DNA of 64,000 nucleotides from positions 106 to 64,105 of the forward strand of contig JAFZHO010000039.1 in NCBI GenBank assembly GCA_017554835.1. Reading direction: 5' to 3'. The notes below the pieces were generated by a model that was not told the DNA's origin, did not search any database, and saw only the letters and a program-made list of their open reading frames with translations. Each line of letters starts with the position of its first letter. Position 1 is the stretch's first letter. This DNA comes from Clostridia bacterium. GTDB taxonomy: Bacteria > Bacillota > Clostridia > Oscillospirales > RGIG7773. This document shows, in pieces, positions 47,717 through 57,647 of this stretch. The translations under genes were made by a program, and so were the position numbers.

Positions 47717-47902
47717 GTGGCTAAAAAAGCAATGATTAACAAACAACAGGGTACTCAGAAATACGCTGTTCGTTCATATAACAGATGTAAAATATGCGGA
47801 AGACCACACGCTTATCTTCGTAAATTCGGTATATGCCGTATTTGCTTCAGAGAACTTGCTTACAAAGGTCAGATTCCCGGCGTAAGAAAAGCAAGTTGGT
47901 AA
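47717..47902 (+). CDS. rpsN: 30S ribosomal protein S14 type Z (zinc-binding, 61 aa)
   Basis: [23 protein letters not shown] has four Cys. Confidence 0.97.
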   Translation: MAKKAMINKQQGTQKYAVRSYNRCKICGRPHAYLRKFGICRICFRELAYKGQIPGVRKASW

Positions 47903-47957
47903 ACCGTAGTAAAAGAAAGCAATAAAGCTTACTTTTTGAAACAAGGAGGTATTGGAT

Positions 47958-48356
47958 ATGCAGATTACAGATCCTATTGCTGATTTGCTAACTAGAATCA
48001 GAAACGCGAACTCAGCAAAACATGATACTGTTTTAATTCCCGCTTCAAATATGAAAAAAGCTATCACTCAGATTTTACTTGACGAGGGATATATCAAAGC
48101 TTTCGAAGTAACTGAAGACGGAAAACAGGGTGTTATCAAAGTAACACTTAAGTATAACGAAAACAAAGAACAGGTTATCAAAGGCCTTAGAAGAGTTTCT
48201 AAACCGGGTCTTAGAATATATGCAGATGTTGAAAATATGCCAAAAGTAATGCAAGGTATCGGAACTGCAATAGTTTCAACTTCAAAAGGAATTATGACCG
48301 ATAAAGCAGCTCGTAAAGCCAACGTTGGCGGCGAAGTTCTTGCTTATATTTGGTAA
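47958..48356 (+). CDS. rpsH: 30S ribosomal protein S8
   Basis: [14 protein letters not shown]. The ATG at 47958 lies 7 nt after AAGGAGGT. Confidence 0.97.
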   Translation: MQITDPIADLLTRIRNANSAKHDTVLIPASNMKKAITQILLDEGYIKAFEVTEDGKQGVIKVTLKYNENKEQVIKGLRRVSKPGLRIYADVENMPKVMQGIGTAIVSTSKGIMTDKAARKANVGGEVLAYIW

Positions 48357-48372
48357 TTAGGAGGAGCACGAA

Positions 48373-48915
48373 ATGTCAAGAATAGGTAGAAAACCCGTGC
48401 AAATCCCTCAGGGTGTTGAAGTTAAGCTTGATGGTAACCACATTACTGTAAAAGGACCAAAAGGCACTTTGGAGAGAACACTGCACGAAGATATGATAAT
48501 CAAAATGGAAAACAACGAAATCGTTGTTGAACGTCCAAGTGAAGACAAAAATCACAGATCACTTCACGGATTAACCAGAACTCTTATTTCCAACATGGTT
48601 GTTGGTGTAACTGAAGGTTTCAAGAAAAATCTTGAAGTTAACGGCGTTGGTTACAGAGCAGCAAAACAGGGAAAAGATCTTGTGCTTAACCTTGGATACT
48701 CACACCAGGTAATCGTTTCTGAAATCGACGGAATTAGTATCGAAGTTCCAAATCCGAACCAGGTAATAATCTCCGGCGCTGATAAACAGGCAGTTGGCCA
48801 GTTCGCAGCAGAAATCAGAGAAAAAAGACCACCTGAACCCTATAAAGGAAAAGGTATCAAATACGATTACGAAGTTATCCGTCGTAAAGAAGGTAAAGCA
48901 GGTAAAGGTAAATAA
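48373..48915 (+). CDS. rplF: 50S ribosomal protein L6
   Basis: [17 protein letters not shown]. Confidence 0.98.
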   Translation: MSRIGRKPVQIPQGVEVKLDGNHITVKGPKGTLERTLHEDMIIKMENNEIVVERPSEDKNHRSLHGLTRTLISNMVVGVTEGFKKNLEVNGVGYRAAKQGKDLVLNLGYSHQVIVSEIDGISIEVPNPNQVIISGADKQAVGQFAAEIREKRPPEPYKGKGIKYDYEVIRRKEGKAGKGK

Positions 48916-48933
48916 AGGAAGGAGTGAAGTCGG

Positions 48934-49293
48934 ATGGTTAATAAGCCAAACAGCAACAAGGCTCGTATCAGAAGACATCAGAGAGTTAGAGCAAAAATCA
49001 GCGGTACTACTGATTGCCCAAGACTTAATGTTTTCAGAAGCCTTAACAATATATATGCACAGATTATAGACGACACTAAGGGTCAGACCTTAGTATCAGC
49101 CTCCACTTTAGATAAAGAGTTTGAAGGAGCAACAGGAAACTGCGAAGCAGCTAAAAAGGTTGGCCTTTTGGTTGCAAAAAGAGCTCTTGAAAAAGGAATC
49201 GAAAACGTAGTTTTTGATAGAGGTGGATACCTTTATCACGGAAGAATAAAAGAACTAGCAGACGGAGCCCGCGAAGGCGGACTTAAGTTCTAA
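48934..49293 (+). CDS. rplR: 50S ribosomal protein L18
   Basis: [13 protein letters not shown]...PRLNVFRS...IYAQIID. Confidence 0.97.
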   Translation: MVNKPNSNKARIRRHQRVRAKISGTTDCPRLNVFRSLNNIYAQIIDDTKGQTLVSASTLDKEFEGATGNCEAAKKVGLLVAKRALEKGIENVVFDRGGYLYHGRIKELADGAREGGLKF

Positions 49294-49307
49294 TAAGGAG
49301 GGATACA

Positions 49308-49808
49308 ATGTCAAAGATAGATGCAAGCACTTTGGATATAACTGAAGTAGTAGTTGATATGAAACGTGTATCCAAAACTGTTAAAGGTGGCCGTGTTATG
49401 AAATTGCAGGCAATCGTAGTTGTCGGCGACAAAAACGGACACGTTGGATGCGGTATCGGAAAAGCTTCAGACTATTCAGATGCTATCAAAAAAGGAATCG
49501 AAGACGCTAAGAAAAATATGGTTGAGATTTCTCTGAAAGACACAACTATTCCTCACGAAATCGTTGGTAATTTCAGAGCTTCAAACGTTCTTCTAAAACC
49601 AGCTCCCGAAGGTACAGGAGTTATCGCCGGAGGCGCTGTTCGTGCCGTTGTTGAACTTGCAGGAATTAAAGATATCAGAACTAAATCTCTTGGAAGCAAC
49701 AACAAAGTTAACGTTGTTAAAGCAACAATCGAAGGACTTAAAAATATCAGAACAGCAGAAGACGTTGCAAAAACACGCGGTATTACCGTAGAAGAATTAT
49801 TAGGATAG
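49308..49808 (+). CDS. rpsE: 30S ribosomal protein S5
   Basis: [30 protein letters not shown]. Confidence 0.98.
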   Translation: MSKIDASTLDITEVVVDMKRVSKTVKGGRVMKLQAIVVVGDKNGHVGCGIGKASDYSDAIKKGIEDAKKNMVEISLKDTTIPHEIVGNFRASNVLLKPAPEGTGVIAGGAVRAVVELAGIKDIRTKSLGSNNKVNVVKATIEGLKNIRTAEDVAKTRGITVEELLG

Positions 49809-49819
49809 GAGGGAAAATG

Positions 49820-50002
49820 ATGGCTACATTAAAAATAAAGCTTGTTAAAAGTTTAATAGGTAGAAAAGATGACCAAATAGCCACTGCACTATCCCTAGGT
49901 CTTAAACGCATTGGAGCTGAAACTATTCAGCCAGACAATGCTGCTACAAGAGGAAAAATCTTTAAAATAAAACACCTTATCCAAGTTGTTGAAGAAAAGT
50001 AA
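49820..50002 (+). CDS. rpmD: 50S ribosomal protein L30
   Basis: LKIKLVKSLIGRKDDQIATALSLGL. The second ATG has better RBS spacing. Confidence 0.95.
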   Translation: MATLKIKLVKSLIGRKDDQIATALSLGLKRIGAETIQPDNAATRGKIFKIKHLIQVVEEK

Positions 50003-50014
50003 GGAGGTGTCACT

Positions 50015-50455
50015 ATGTTGCTAAGCGAACTAAGTCCTGCTAAAGGCGCTACTCAGGTTGGTAAAAGAAAAGGTAGAGGTGCCGGTTCCGGAAACGGTAA
50101 AACTGCAGGAAGAGGACACAAAGGTCAATGGGCTCGTTCAGGCGGAGGAGTTAGACCTGGATTTGAAGGCGGACAGATGCCACTTCAAAGACGTATACCA
50201 AAAAGAGGTTTTAACAACATTTTCGCTAAGAAATATACAGAAATCAATGTATCCGATTTGGAAAGATTGGAGAACGTTTCTGAAGTTACTGCTGAGGTGC
50301 TTCTTGAAAACGGCATAATCAGCAAAATTCAGGATGGAGTTAAGGTTTTAGGTAGAGGTGAAATCACTAAGAGCTTTACTGTTAAAGTTGCTAAGGTTTC
50401 AGAATCTGCTAAAGCTAAAATCGAAGCTGCCGGAGGAAAGGTAGAGGTGGAATAA
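50015..50455 (+). CDS. rplO: 50S ribosomal protein L15
   Basis: [22 protein letters not shown]. Confidence 0.98.
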   Translation: MLLSELSPAKGATQVGKRKGRGAGSGNGKTAGRGHKGQWARSGGGVRPGFEGGQMPLQRRIPKRGFNNIFAKKYTEINVSDLERLENVSEVTAEVLLENGIISKIQDGVKVLGRGEITKSFTVKVAKVSESAKAKIEAAGGKVEVE

Positions 50456-50456
50456 T

Positions 50457-51752
50457 ATGTTTAGTGTTTTCAAAAACGCTTGGAAAATCCAGGACTTGAG
50501 AAAGAAAATCATATTTACACTTTTCATCGTAATACTTTTCCGTATTGGTTCAGCAATCCCCGTTCCGTTTATTAACGCAGAAGCAGTTGCAAGTTTATTC
50601 AACGTTGGCACAGGAACTGATTTCCTTGGCTACTTGAATACCTTGTCAGGTGGAGCACTTGAAAAAGCAACAATCTTTGCTCTTTCAATCTCTCCATATA
50701 TCACTGCAAGCATCGTAATTCAGCTTTTAACAATTGCTATTCCTTATTTAGAGAGAAAATCTAAAGAAGGCGAAGAAGGAAGAAAGTTTATAAATAACTG
50801 GACTCGTTATACTACCATTATTCTTGGTTCTATCACTGCATTCGGTTTTTATACAATGCTTAAAAATTCTCAGGCACTTTCTCCCGTAAACGGCAAATTC
50901 GAAGCAGTTTTACAGGCAATTATAATCATTGGAATATTTGTAACAGGCGCATGCTTGATTATGTGGCTTGGCGAAAAGATTAACGAAAAAGGTATCGGTA
51001 ACGGTATTTCAATCATTCTTTTCACAGGTATCCTTTCAAGATTTCCGGCATTTATCACTCAGAGCATCGCAAACATAACAACAGGAAGAGCTTGGATCCC
51101 CGTAGTTGGACTAATCGGAAGTATCCTTATGATAGCTTTTGTTGTTATTATGAATAACGCAGAGAGAAGAATCCCTGTTCAGTATGCTAAGAGAGTTGTT
51201 GGAAGAAAAGTATACGGCGGCCAGAGCACTCATATTCCTATGAAAGTTAGTATGTCAGGCGTTATGCCTATCATCTTCGCAACATCACTTATCTCAATGC
51301 CAAGTATGATAGTTGCTTTGTTCTATGGAAATCAGATTCCTCAGAGCGGATTCTGGGCAATAGTTATGAAACTATTCTCACAGACAAGCTGGCTATACGT
51401 TGTTTTGGTATTCCTATTGATAGTTGCATTTGCTTATTTCTACGTTGTAATTCAGTTCAACCCAGTTGAAGTTGCAAATAACTTGAAGAAAAACGGCGGA
51501 TTTATCCCCGGTATCAGACCAGGTAAACCAACCGTTGATTATATTTCAAAGATTTTGTGGAGAATTACATTTATAGGCGCTATGTTCCTTGGAATTATTT
51601 CAGTTGTTCCTAATATAATTGATATGTTTGCAAACGTTGGTTTGGCAATTGGCGGAACTTCACTTGTAATCGTTGTTGGTGTTGCAATTGAAACCGTTAA
51701 AGCGCTTGAATCTCAGATGCTAATGCGTCATTATAAAGGATTTTTGGAATAA
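50457..51752 (+). CDS. secY: Preprotein translocase subunit SecY
   Basis: 10-TM protein with LRKKIIFTL...RIGS.IPVP and the GGALE..TIFALSI.PYITASI motif. Confidence 0.98.
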   Translation: MFSVFKNAWKIQDLRKKIIFTLFIVILFRIGSAIPVPFINAEAVASLFNVGTGTDFLGYLNTLSGGALEKATIFALSISPYITASIVIQLLTIAIPYLERKSKEGEEGRKFINNWTRYTTIILGSITAFGFYTMLKNSQALSPVNGKFEAVLQAIIIIGIFVTGACLIMWLGEKINEKGIGNGISIILFTGILSRFPAFITQSIANITTGRAWIPVVGLIGSILMIAFVVIMNNAERRIPVQYAKRVVGRKVYGGQSTHIPMKVSMSGVMPIIFATSLISMPSMIVALFYGNQIPQSGFWAIVMKLFSQTSWLYVVLVFLLIVAFAYFYVVIQFNPVEVANNLKKNGGFIPGIRPGKPTVDYISKILWRITFIGAMFLGIISVVPNIIDMFANVGLAIGGTSLVIVVGVAIETVKALESQMLMRHYKGFLE

Positions 51753-51770
51753 TCGGGAGGCAATAAAAGT

Positions 51771-52403
51771 ATGAAACTTATACTTTTGGGTGCCCCCGGT
51801 GCGGGAAAAGGAACTCAGGCAGAAAATATCTGCAAGAAGTATAATATTCCCGCAATTTCTACAGGCGACATTATCAGAAAAGCCATGAAAGACGGAACTC
51901 CCATGGGAGAAAAGGTGAAATCCTATATGGAAAAAGGCGCCTTGGTTCCCGACGAAATTGTTATTGAAATAATTTCGGGAAGACTTTTGGAGGAAGACTG
52001 CAAAAACGGATTTATCCTTGACGGCTTCCCCAGAACGGTTCCTCAGGCGCAGGCACTTGATAAAATGGGCGTAGAAATAGATAAAGTTATTTCCATCGAA
52101 GTATCAGATGAAAATATAATTGAGAGAATGTCCGGCAGACGTATCTGCAATAAATGCGGAACGTCATACCATCTTGTTTATAAGCCGTCAGTTAACGAAA
52201 CCGACTGCAAAAAATGCGATGGTAAACTTATTATCAGAGATGATGATAAACCGGAAACCGTTAAAGAAAGACTTCATATTTATCATCAGCAGACCGAACC
52301 TCTTAAAGACTACTACGGTAAAACCGGTAAGCTACGTCTTGTGGAAGGTCAGGAAAAGGTGGAAGACACCACTGCTTTGACAATGAAAGCTCTTGAGGAT
52401 TAA
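51771..52403 (+). CDS. adk: Adenylate kinase (zinc-lid type)
   Basis: GAPGAGKGTQ P-loop; lid CNKCGTSYH...CKKCDG. Confidence 0.98.
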   Translation: MKLILLGAPGAGKGTQAENICKKYNIPAISTGDIIRKAMKDGTPMGEKVKSYMEKGALVPDEIVIEIISGRLLEEDCKNGFILDGFPRTVPQAQALDKMGVEIDKVISIEVSDENIIERMSGRRICNKCGTSYHLVYKPSVNETDCKKCDGKLIIRDDDKPETVKERLHIYHQQTEPLKDYYGKTGKLRLVEGQEKVEDTTALTMKALED

Positions 52404-52411
52404 GATATAGT

Positions 52412-53161
52412 ATGGTTACGCTAAAAAACAGCAGCGAAATCGAAAAAATGAAAGCCGCCGGGGAAATCGCTATCACTGCCTTATATAAGGCGAGAGAGTT
52501 GATAAAACCCGGGGTGACTACATTTTTTCTTGATGAAGTAATAAGAAAACATATCGTGGCAAGCGGTGCAAAACCCTCATTTCTGGGGTATGGCGGATTT
52601 CCGGCAAGCGCTTGCATATCAGTTAATGATAAGATTATTCACGGTATTCCTTCAAGAGAGGAGATTCTCAAAGAAGGAGACATAGTAAGTATTGACGTGG
52701 GAGCGTGTTATAAAGGTTTTCACGGAGATTGCGCCAGAACCTACGGCGTGGGAGAAATATCCGATAACGCCAAAATGCTTATAGACGTTACAAGAGAGAG
52801 CTTTTTTGTGGGAATCAAAAAAGCAATCGTTGGAAACAGAATGGGCGATTTGGGAAATGCGATTTACTCTTATGCTGAAAAGTTCGGATACGGCGTTGTG
52901 GAGGATTATACCGGTCACGGAATCGGAAGAGCCCTTCACGAAGACCCCGGAGTTCCAAATTACGGAACGGCGGGCAGAGGTATAAGATTCCAGGAAGGAA
53001 TGACTCTTGCCGTTGAACCTATGATTAACGAAGGAACTAAGGACTTCTATATCCTTGAAGACAAATGGTCAGTAATGACAATGGATCATAAGCTTTCGGC
53101 ACATTACGAAAACACCATTGTTGTGACCGGTGACGAACCCGTTATACTTACAAAAGTTTAG
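52412..53161 (+). CDS. map: Type I methionine aminopeptidase
   Basis: Metal ligands lie in DIVSIDVGA...HGDCARTY...TGHGIG...EPMI context. Confidence 0.97.
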   Translation: MVTLKNSSEIEKMKAAGEIAITALYKARELIKPGVTTFFLDEVIRKHIVASGAKPSFLGYGGFPASACISVNDKIIHGIPSREEILKEGDIVSIDVGACYKGFHGDCARTYGVGEISDNAKMLIDVTRESFFVGIKKAIVGNRMGDLGNAIYSYAEKFGYGVVEDYTGHGIGRALHEDPGVPNYGTAGRGIRFQEGMTLAVEPMINEGTKDFYILEDKWSVMTMDHKLSAHYENTIVVTGDEPVILTKV

Positions 53162-53171
53162 GAGGACTGTA

Positions 53172-53465
53172 ATGAGTTTGACTAAAGGATGCGTAGTAAT
53201 TTCCAAAGCAGGAAGAGACAAAGGAAAATTATTCTTTGTTCTTTCCCAGCCGGAAGAAAATATCGTAATGATAGTTGACGGCAAGCAGAGAAATCTTGAG
53301 CATCCCAAAAAAAAGAAACTGAAGCACGTAATGAAATTTGACGGAAAAGACGAAGAAGTTCTTTTCGTAAGTTCGAAAATCGCTTCGGAAGAAAAAGTTA
53401 CTAATTCAGAAATTCGCAAAGCGCTGAATTATTTGAATAACAAATATCTTATATCAAAAGAATAG
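53172..53465 (+). CDS. KOW-domain RNA-binding protein (small conserved protein between map and infA in Firmicutes)
   Basis: GCVVISKAGRDKGKLFFVL is a KOW motif. RBS AGGAGG precedes the ATG at 53172. Confidence 0.7.
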   Translation: MSLTKGCVVISKAGRDKGKLFFVLSQPEENIVMIVDGKQRNLEHPKKKKLKHVMKFDGKDEEVLFVSSKIASEEKVTNSEIRKALNYLNNKYLISKE

Positions 53466-53477
53466 GAGGTAATTTCG

Positions 53478-53696
53478 TTGGCTAAAGATGATATAATGGA
53501 ATTCGAAGGCGTAGTTCTTGAAACTTTACCTGACACAATGTTTAAAGTTGAGCTTGAAAACGGGCATCAGATACTTGCAAACATTTCAGGAAAATTAAGA
53601 CAGAACTATATAAGAATATTACCCGGTGATAAGGTAACGGTTGAGGTATCAACCTACGATTTAACTAGAGGCCGAATCACCTGGAGAGGAAAATAA
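53478..53696 (+). CDS. infA: Translation initiation factor IF-1 (TTG start)
   Basis: [39 protein letters not shown]. Confidence 0.97.
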   Translation: MAKDDIMEFEGVVLETLPDTMFKVELENGHQILANISGKLRQNYIRILPGDKVTVEVSTYDLTRGRITWRGK

Positions 53697-53750
53697 AACC
53701 CTGCATCTTTTGGCATTTAAGATGTCAAAGCTAAGAAGGAGGTAATTGAT

Positions 53751-53864
53751 ATGAAGGTAAGACCTTCTGTTAAACCTATTTGCGAAAAATGCAAAATAAT
53801 TAAAAGAAAAGGCAAAGTAATGGTAATTTGCCAGAACCCACAACATAAGCAGAAACAAGGTTAA
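53751..53864 (+). CDS. rpmJ: 50S ribosomal protein L36 (37 aa; not in the supplied ORF track)
   Basis: My own translation gives [46 protein letters not shown] lies upstream. Position is infA-rpmJ-rpsM. Confidence 0.95.
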   Translation: MKVRPSVKPICEKCKIIKRKGKVMVICQNPQHKQKQG

Positions 53865-53950
53865 GCTGACAAATAAAGAGGATGCACTAAGTATTTTGTG
53901 ATTTTTTGAAAGCAAAACCCATGAAGATTAATTTTATGGAGGTGTAAGCT

Positions 53951-54319
53951 ATGGCTCGTATAGCCGGTGTTGACTTACCAAGAGAAAAAAGAGTTGAAGT
54001 TGGTTTGACTTATATTTTCGGAATCGGTGCAACAAGCGCTAAGAAAATTCTTGAATCAACTGGTGTAAATCCCGATACAAGAGTTAAAGATTTAACTCCT
54101 GAAGATGAGAACAAAATCCGTGATTATATCGATAAGAACTTTGTTGTTGAGGGCGACCTTAGAAGAGATACTGCTCTAGACATTAAAAGACTTATGGAAA
54201 TCGGATGCTACAGAGGAATCAGACATAGAAAAGGCTTACCTGTAAGAGGTCAGAAGACCAAAACAAACGCGAGAACACGTAAAGGCCCTAGAAAGACTAT
54301 CGCTAATAAAAAGAAATAA
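53951..54319 (+). CDS. rpsM: 30S ribosomal protein S13
   Basis: [26 protein letters not shown]. Confidence 0.98.
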   Translation: MARIAGVDLPREKRVEVGLTYIFGIGATSAKKILESTGVNPDTRVKDLTPEDENKIRDYIDKNFVVEGDLRRDTALDIKRLMEIGCYRGIRHRKGLPVRGQKTKTNARTRKGPRKTIANKKK

Positions 54320-54333
54320 GGAGGGAATAGTCA

Positions 54334-54729
54334 GTGGCAAAAGCTAAAAAAGTAATCAGAAAACGTCGTGAACGTAAAAACATTGAAAAAGGCGCAGCGC
54401 ATATCCAGGCAACTTTCAATAACACAATAGTTACTATTACCGACATAAAAGGCAATGCTATATCATGGGCTTCAGCAGGCGGATTGGGATATAGAGGATC
54501 TCGTAAATCAACTCCATTTGCAGCTCAGATGGCAGCAGAAGCTGCAGCAAAAGCAGCAATGGAACACGGACTAAAAACTGTTGAAGTATACGTTAAAGGT
54601 CCGGGCACAGGAGCTCGCGAATCAGCGATCCGTGCATTGCAGGCAGCAGGAATTGAAGTAAACATGATCAAAGATGTTACTCCAATCCCTCATAATGGTT
54701 GTCGTCCACCTAAAAGAAGACGTGTATAA
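54334..54729 (+). CDS. rpsK: 30S ribosomal protein S11 (GTG start)
   Basis: [20 protein letters not shown]...W.SAG... Confidence 0.98.
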   Translation: MAKAKKVIRKRRERKNIEKGAAHIQATFNNTIVTITDIKGNAISWASAGGLGYRGSRKSTPFAAQMAAEAAAKAAMEHGLKTVEVYVKGPGTGARESAIRALQAAGIEVNMIKDVTPIPHNGCRPPKRRRV

Positions 54730-54753
54730 TATTAATGGAGGTGTTACGTTAGA

Positions 54754-55380
54754 ATGGCAAGATATACTGGAGCTGTATGCAGACTTTGCAGAAGAGAAGG
54801 TCAGAAACTTTTCTTGAAAGGCGAAAGATGTTATTCAGATAAATGCTCAATGGCGCGCAGAGCATATGCACCCGGCCAGCACGGTCAGGCGAGAACTAAA
54901 CTTTCAGAATATGGAAGACAGATGCGTGAAAAACAAAAATCAAAAAGATACTACGGAGTTCTTGAAAATCAGTTCGAAACTTATTTCGAAATGGCTGATA
55001 AAATGCAGGGACAGACTGGTTCTAACCTATTCAAAATCCTTGAATCAAGATTAGACAACGTAGTTTACAGATTAGGCTTTGCTATGTCTAGACCGGAGGC
55101 GAGACAGCTTGTTCGTCACGGCCACTTTACCGTTAACGGTAAAAAAGTTAACATCCCTTCTTTCTTAGTTAAAGAAGGCAATGTTATCGCTATAAAAGAA
55201 GGAAGCATGGATAGCGAAAAAATCAAAGCTATCTTAGAATCCAACGAATCAAAGGTTGTTCCAGAATGGCTAGGATTTGATAAAAAGACTAAAACTGCTA
55301 AAATCAATCACTTGCCGGCTATGGATGAGATTGACTTTGAAGTTGAAGAGCATCTAATAGTAGAGTTATACTCTAAATAA
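54754..55380 (+). CDS. rpsD: 30S ribosomal protein S4
   Basis: [26 protein letters not shown]. Confidence 0.98.
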   Translation: MARYTGAVCRLCRREGQKLFLKGERCYSDKCSMARRAYAPGQHGQARTKLSEYGRQMREKQKSKRYYGVLENQFETYFEMADKMQGQTGSNLFKILESRLDNVVYRLGFAMSRPEARQLVRHGHFTVNGKKVNIPSFLVKEGNVIAIKEGSMDSEKIKAILESNESKVVPEWLGFDKKTKTAKINHLPAMDEIDFEVEEHLIVELYSK

Positions 55381-55470
55381 TAATTGATTCACCCTCAGAG
55401 GATTACAATCAGAAAAGTTTGGTAAAAATAAAAAGACGCTAGTTTGTCGTCAATAAGGAGGGTTTCTTTA

Positions 55471-56430
55471 ATGATAGAGATGGAAAAACCGAAAATAATG
55501 CAGGCAGAAGCATCAGAAGACGGTAGATACGGAAAATTTATCGTTGAACCCCTGGAAAGAGGATACGGTATAACTTTGGGAAATTCCCTAAGAAGAATAC
55601 TTCTTTCTTCCTTACCGGGCGTTGCTGCCACATCTATTAAGTTTGACAAGGAAGCCGCAGTGCTTCATGAGTTTTCAACTATAACCGGTGTAAAAGAAGA
55701 TGTTACAGAAATTATTCTAAACATCAAAAACCTTATTGCGAAACTTCATTGCGACGGACCAAAAGAAATTGTTCTTAACGCAGAAGGCGCAGGGGAAGTT
55801 ACTGCCGCAGATTTCGAAGCAGATGCAGACGTTGAGATTCTTAACCCAGAGCTTCATATCGCTACACTTGGCGAAGATGCTAAATTTACTATGACAGTCG
55901 TTATAGATAAGGGCAGAGGATACGTTTCTGCAGATAAAAATAAAGCTGCTATCAAAAATATAGTTGGAGCTATTCCGGTAGACTCAATTTACACACCTGT
56001 TTTAAAGGTGAACTATACAGTAGAAAACACCCGTGTTGGTCAGATAACCGACTTTGACAGACTTATTCTTGAAGTATGGACGGATGGAACTATCGAACCT
56101 GTTGATTCAGTTTCACTTGCTTCAAAAATAATGAGTGAACATCTTAAATTGTTCATTGACTTGTCCGAAAGTGTTAAAAATGCCGAAATCATGGTAGAAA
56201 AAGAAGAAACTAAGAAGGAAAAAATTCTTGAGAAAACTATCGAAGAACTTGATCTTTCCGTTCGTTCTTTCAACTGCTTGAAACGTGCAGGCATCAATAC
56301 TGTTGAAGATTTAATTAATAAGACTGAAGACGATATGATGAGAGTTCGTAATCTTGGTCAGAAATCACTTGAAGAAGTTATCGAAAAACTTCATTCTATG
56401 GGTCTGGCTCTTAAAAAAGAAGACGAATAA
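55471..56430 (+). CDS. rpoA: DNA-directed RNA polymerase alpha subunit
   Basis: [30 protein letters not shown]; CTD with [28 protein letters not shown]. Confidence 0.97.
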   Translation: MIEMEKPKIMQAEASEDGRYGKFIVEPLERGYGITLGNSLRRILLSSLPGVAATSIKFDKEAAVLHEFSTITGVKEDVTEIILNIKNLIAKLHCDGPKEIVLNAEGAGEVTAADFEADADVEILNPELHIATLGEDAKFTMTVVIDKGRGYVSADKNKAAIKNIVGAIPVDSIYTPVLKVNYTVENTRVGQITDFDRLILEVWTDGTIEPVDSVSLASKIMSEHLKLFIDLSESVKNAEIMVEKEETKKEKILEKTIEELDLSVRSFNCLKRAGINTVEDLINKTEDDMMRVRNLGQKSLEEVIEKLHSMGLALKKEDE

Positions 56431-56472
56431 ACGGCCTCATATTACGAATTTTAAAGAAGGAGGTATAATATC

Positions 56473-56814
56473 ATGCCAGGAACAAGAAAGCTCGGTAGAA
56501 AAACCGACCATAGAATGTCTATGCTTCGTGGAATGGTAACATATTTACTTGAAAACGGTTCAATCGAAACTACTGTTACAAGAGCTAAAGAGGTAAGAAG
56601 TCTTGCTGAAAAAATGATTACTTTGGCTAAAAACGATACATTACACACAAGACGTCAGGCATACTCTTTTATTACAAAGAAAACAGTTGTTTATAAATTA
56701 TTTGACGTAATCGGACCAAAATACGCTGAAAGAAACGGCGGATATACAAGAATTATCAAGAAAGGCCCAAGACGCGGTGACGCTGCTGAAATGGCAATTA
56801 TTGAGCTTGTATAA
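56473..56814 (+). CDS. rplQ: 50S ribosomal protein L17
   Basis: [18 protein letters not shown]...G.IETT..RAKE. Confidence 0.98.
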   Translation: MPGTRKLGRKTDHRMSMLRGMVTYLLENGSIETTVTRAKEVRSLAEKMITLAKNDTLHTRRQAYSFITKKTVVYKLFDVIGPKYAERNGGYTRIIKKGPRRGDAAEMAIIELV

Positions 56815-56824
56815 TTAAAGATTT
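56795..56824. repeat. Copy 1 of a 30-bp perfect direct repeat (last 6 codons plus stop of rplQ and 10 nt beyond)
   Basis: caattattgagcttgtataattaaagattt is identical to 59116-59145. It extends to 35 nt with one mismatch (aaatgG/Acaatt...). Confidence 0.9.
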
Positions 56825-56828
56825 TTAA

Positions 56829-56864
56829 AACGCTGCTTAAGCAATGCTTAAGCAGCGTTTTTTT
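56829..56864 (+). terminator. Rho-independent terminator after rplQ
   Basis: 13-bp stem acgctgcttaagc/gcttaagcagcgt followed by a T7 run. Confidence 0.85.
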
Positions 56865-56961
56865 GCTTATAAATAAAAATTTATCGAAAAACAATAAAAA
56901 ATAGTTGACAAATGATAAATAGAAGAATATAATAAATGCATCAAAGGATTGGAGGATAACT

Positions 56962-57420
56962 ATGGAAAATAGAAAAACAGCTGAAAAAATCACCCTGGTA
57001 ATAACAGATATTTCAATATTTTTGTTTTTGTTTTTGAGTGTATTCTGTCGCAGGGCAGTGGAATGGTATGTTGATTTAAGGCAATTTGTTATGACAGAAT
57101 TTGAATTTAATTTATGCTTTGTTATGTCGCTTCTATCTGGAATATCTGCCATAATACTTCTTATGGCAATACATTCTATGCTTTATAACGTAATAAAAAA
57201 CAGAATCTTTATACAAAAAAACGCCTTTTGTTTCAAAATCGTATCGATATGTTCCCTTGCGATTTGCCTTGCTTTTTTAGTGATTCTGATAAAATGCAGG
57301 GTATTTATAGGGCTTGTTGTGGTTTTGGTGTTTATGTTTGTGGGGTTGATATCATACATAATCTTTAAGTTTATGGAAAACGCCATAAAGATAAAAGAAG
57401 AAAATGATTATACAATATAA
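56962..57420 (+). CDS. Small 4-TM membrane protein (DUF2975-like)
   Basis: Four hydrophobic helices and RBS GGAGGA. It sits immediately upstream of a YozG-like HTH gene, the usual DUF2975 context. Confidence 0.5.
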   Translation: MENRKTAEKITLVITDISIFLFLFLSVFCRRAVEWYVDLRQFVMTEFEFNLCFVMSLLSGISAIILLMAIHSMLYNVIKNRIFIQKNAFCFKIVSICSLAICLAFLVILIKCRVFIGLVVVLVFMFVGLISYIIFKFMENAIKIKEENDYTI

Positions 57421-57431
57421 GGGAGTATAAA

Positions 57432-57647
57432 ATGGCTATAATAATTAATCTGGACGTTATGATGGCAAAAAGAAAAATCGGGCTTACTGAGCTTGCCGAA
57501 AAAATAGATATAACTCCTGCCAATTTATCCATATTAAAAAACGGCAAGGCAAAGGCAGTGAGGTTTTCCACTTTGGAGGCAATTTGCAAGGAACTTGATT
57601 GTCAGCCGGGAGATATTCTGGAGTTCAGGGGGGAAAATAATGAATAA
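57432..57647 (+). CDS. Small Cro/C1 (XRE)-type HTH regulator, YozG-like
   Basis: LDVMMAKRKIGLTELAEKIDITPANLSILKNGKAKAVRFSTLEAICKELDCQPGDILEF is typical of the roughly 70-aa YozG family. Confidence 0.8.
   Translation: MAIIINLDVMMAKRKIGLTELAEKIDITPANLSILKNGKAKAVRFSTLEAICKELDCQPGDILEFRGENNE

Noticed and set aside
53865-53950. 86-nt rpmJ-rpsM spacer with a tiny ORF (MKINFMEV*), possibly an alpha-operon (S4) regulatory leader.
   Set aside because: I could not identify a convincing pseudoknot or hairpin by eye, and the mini-ORF overlaps the rpsM RBS. The evidence is insufficient.
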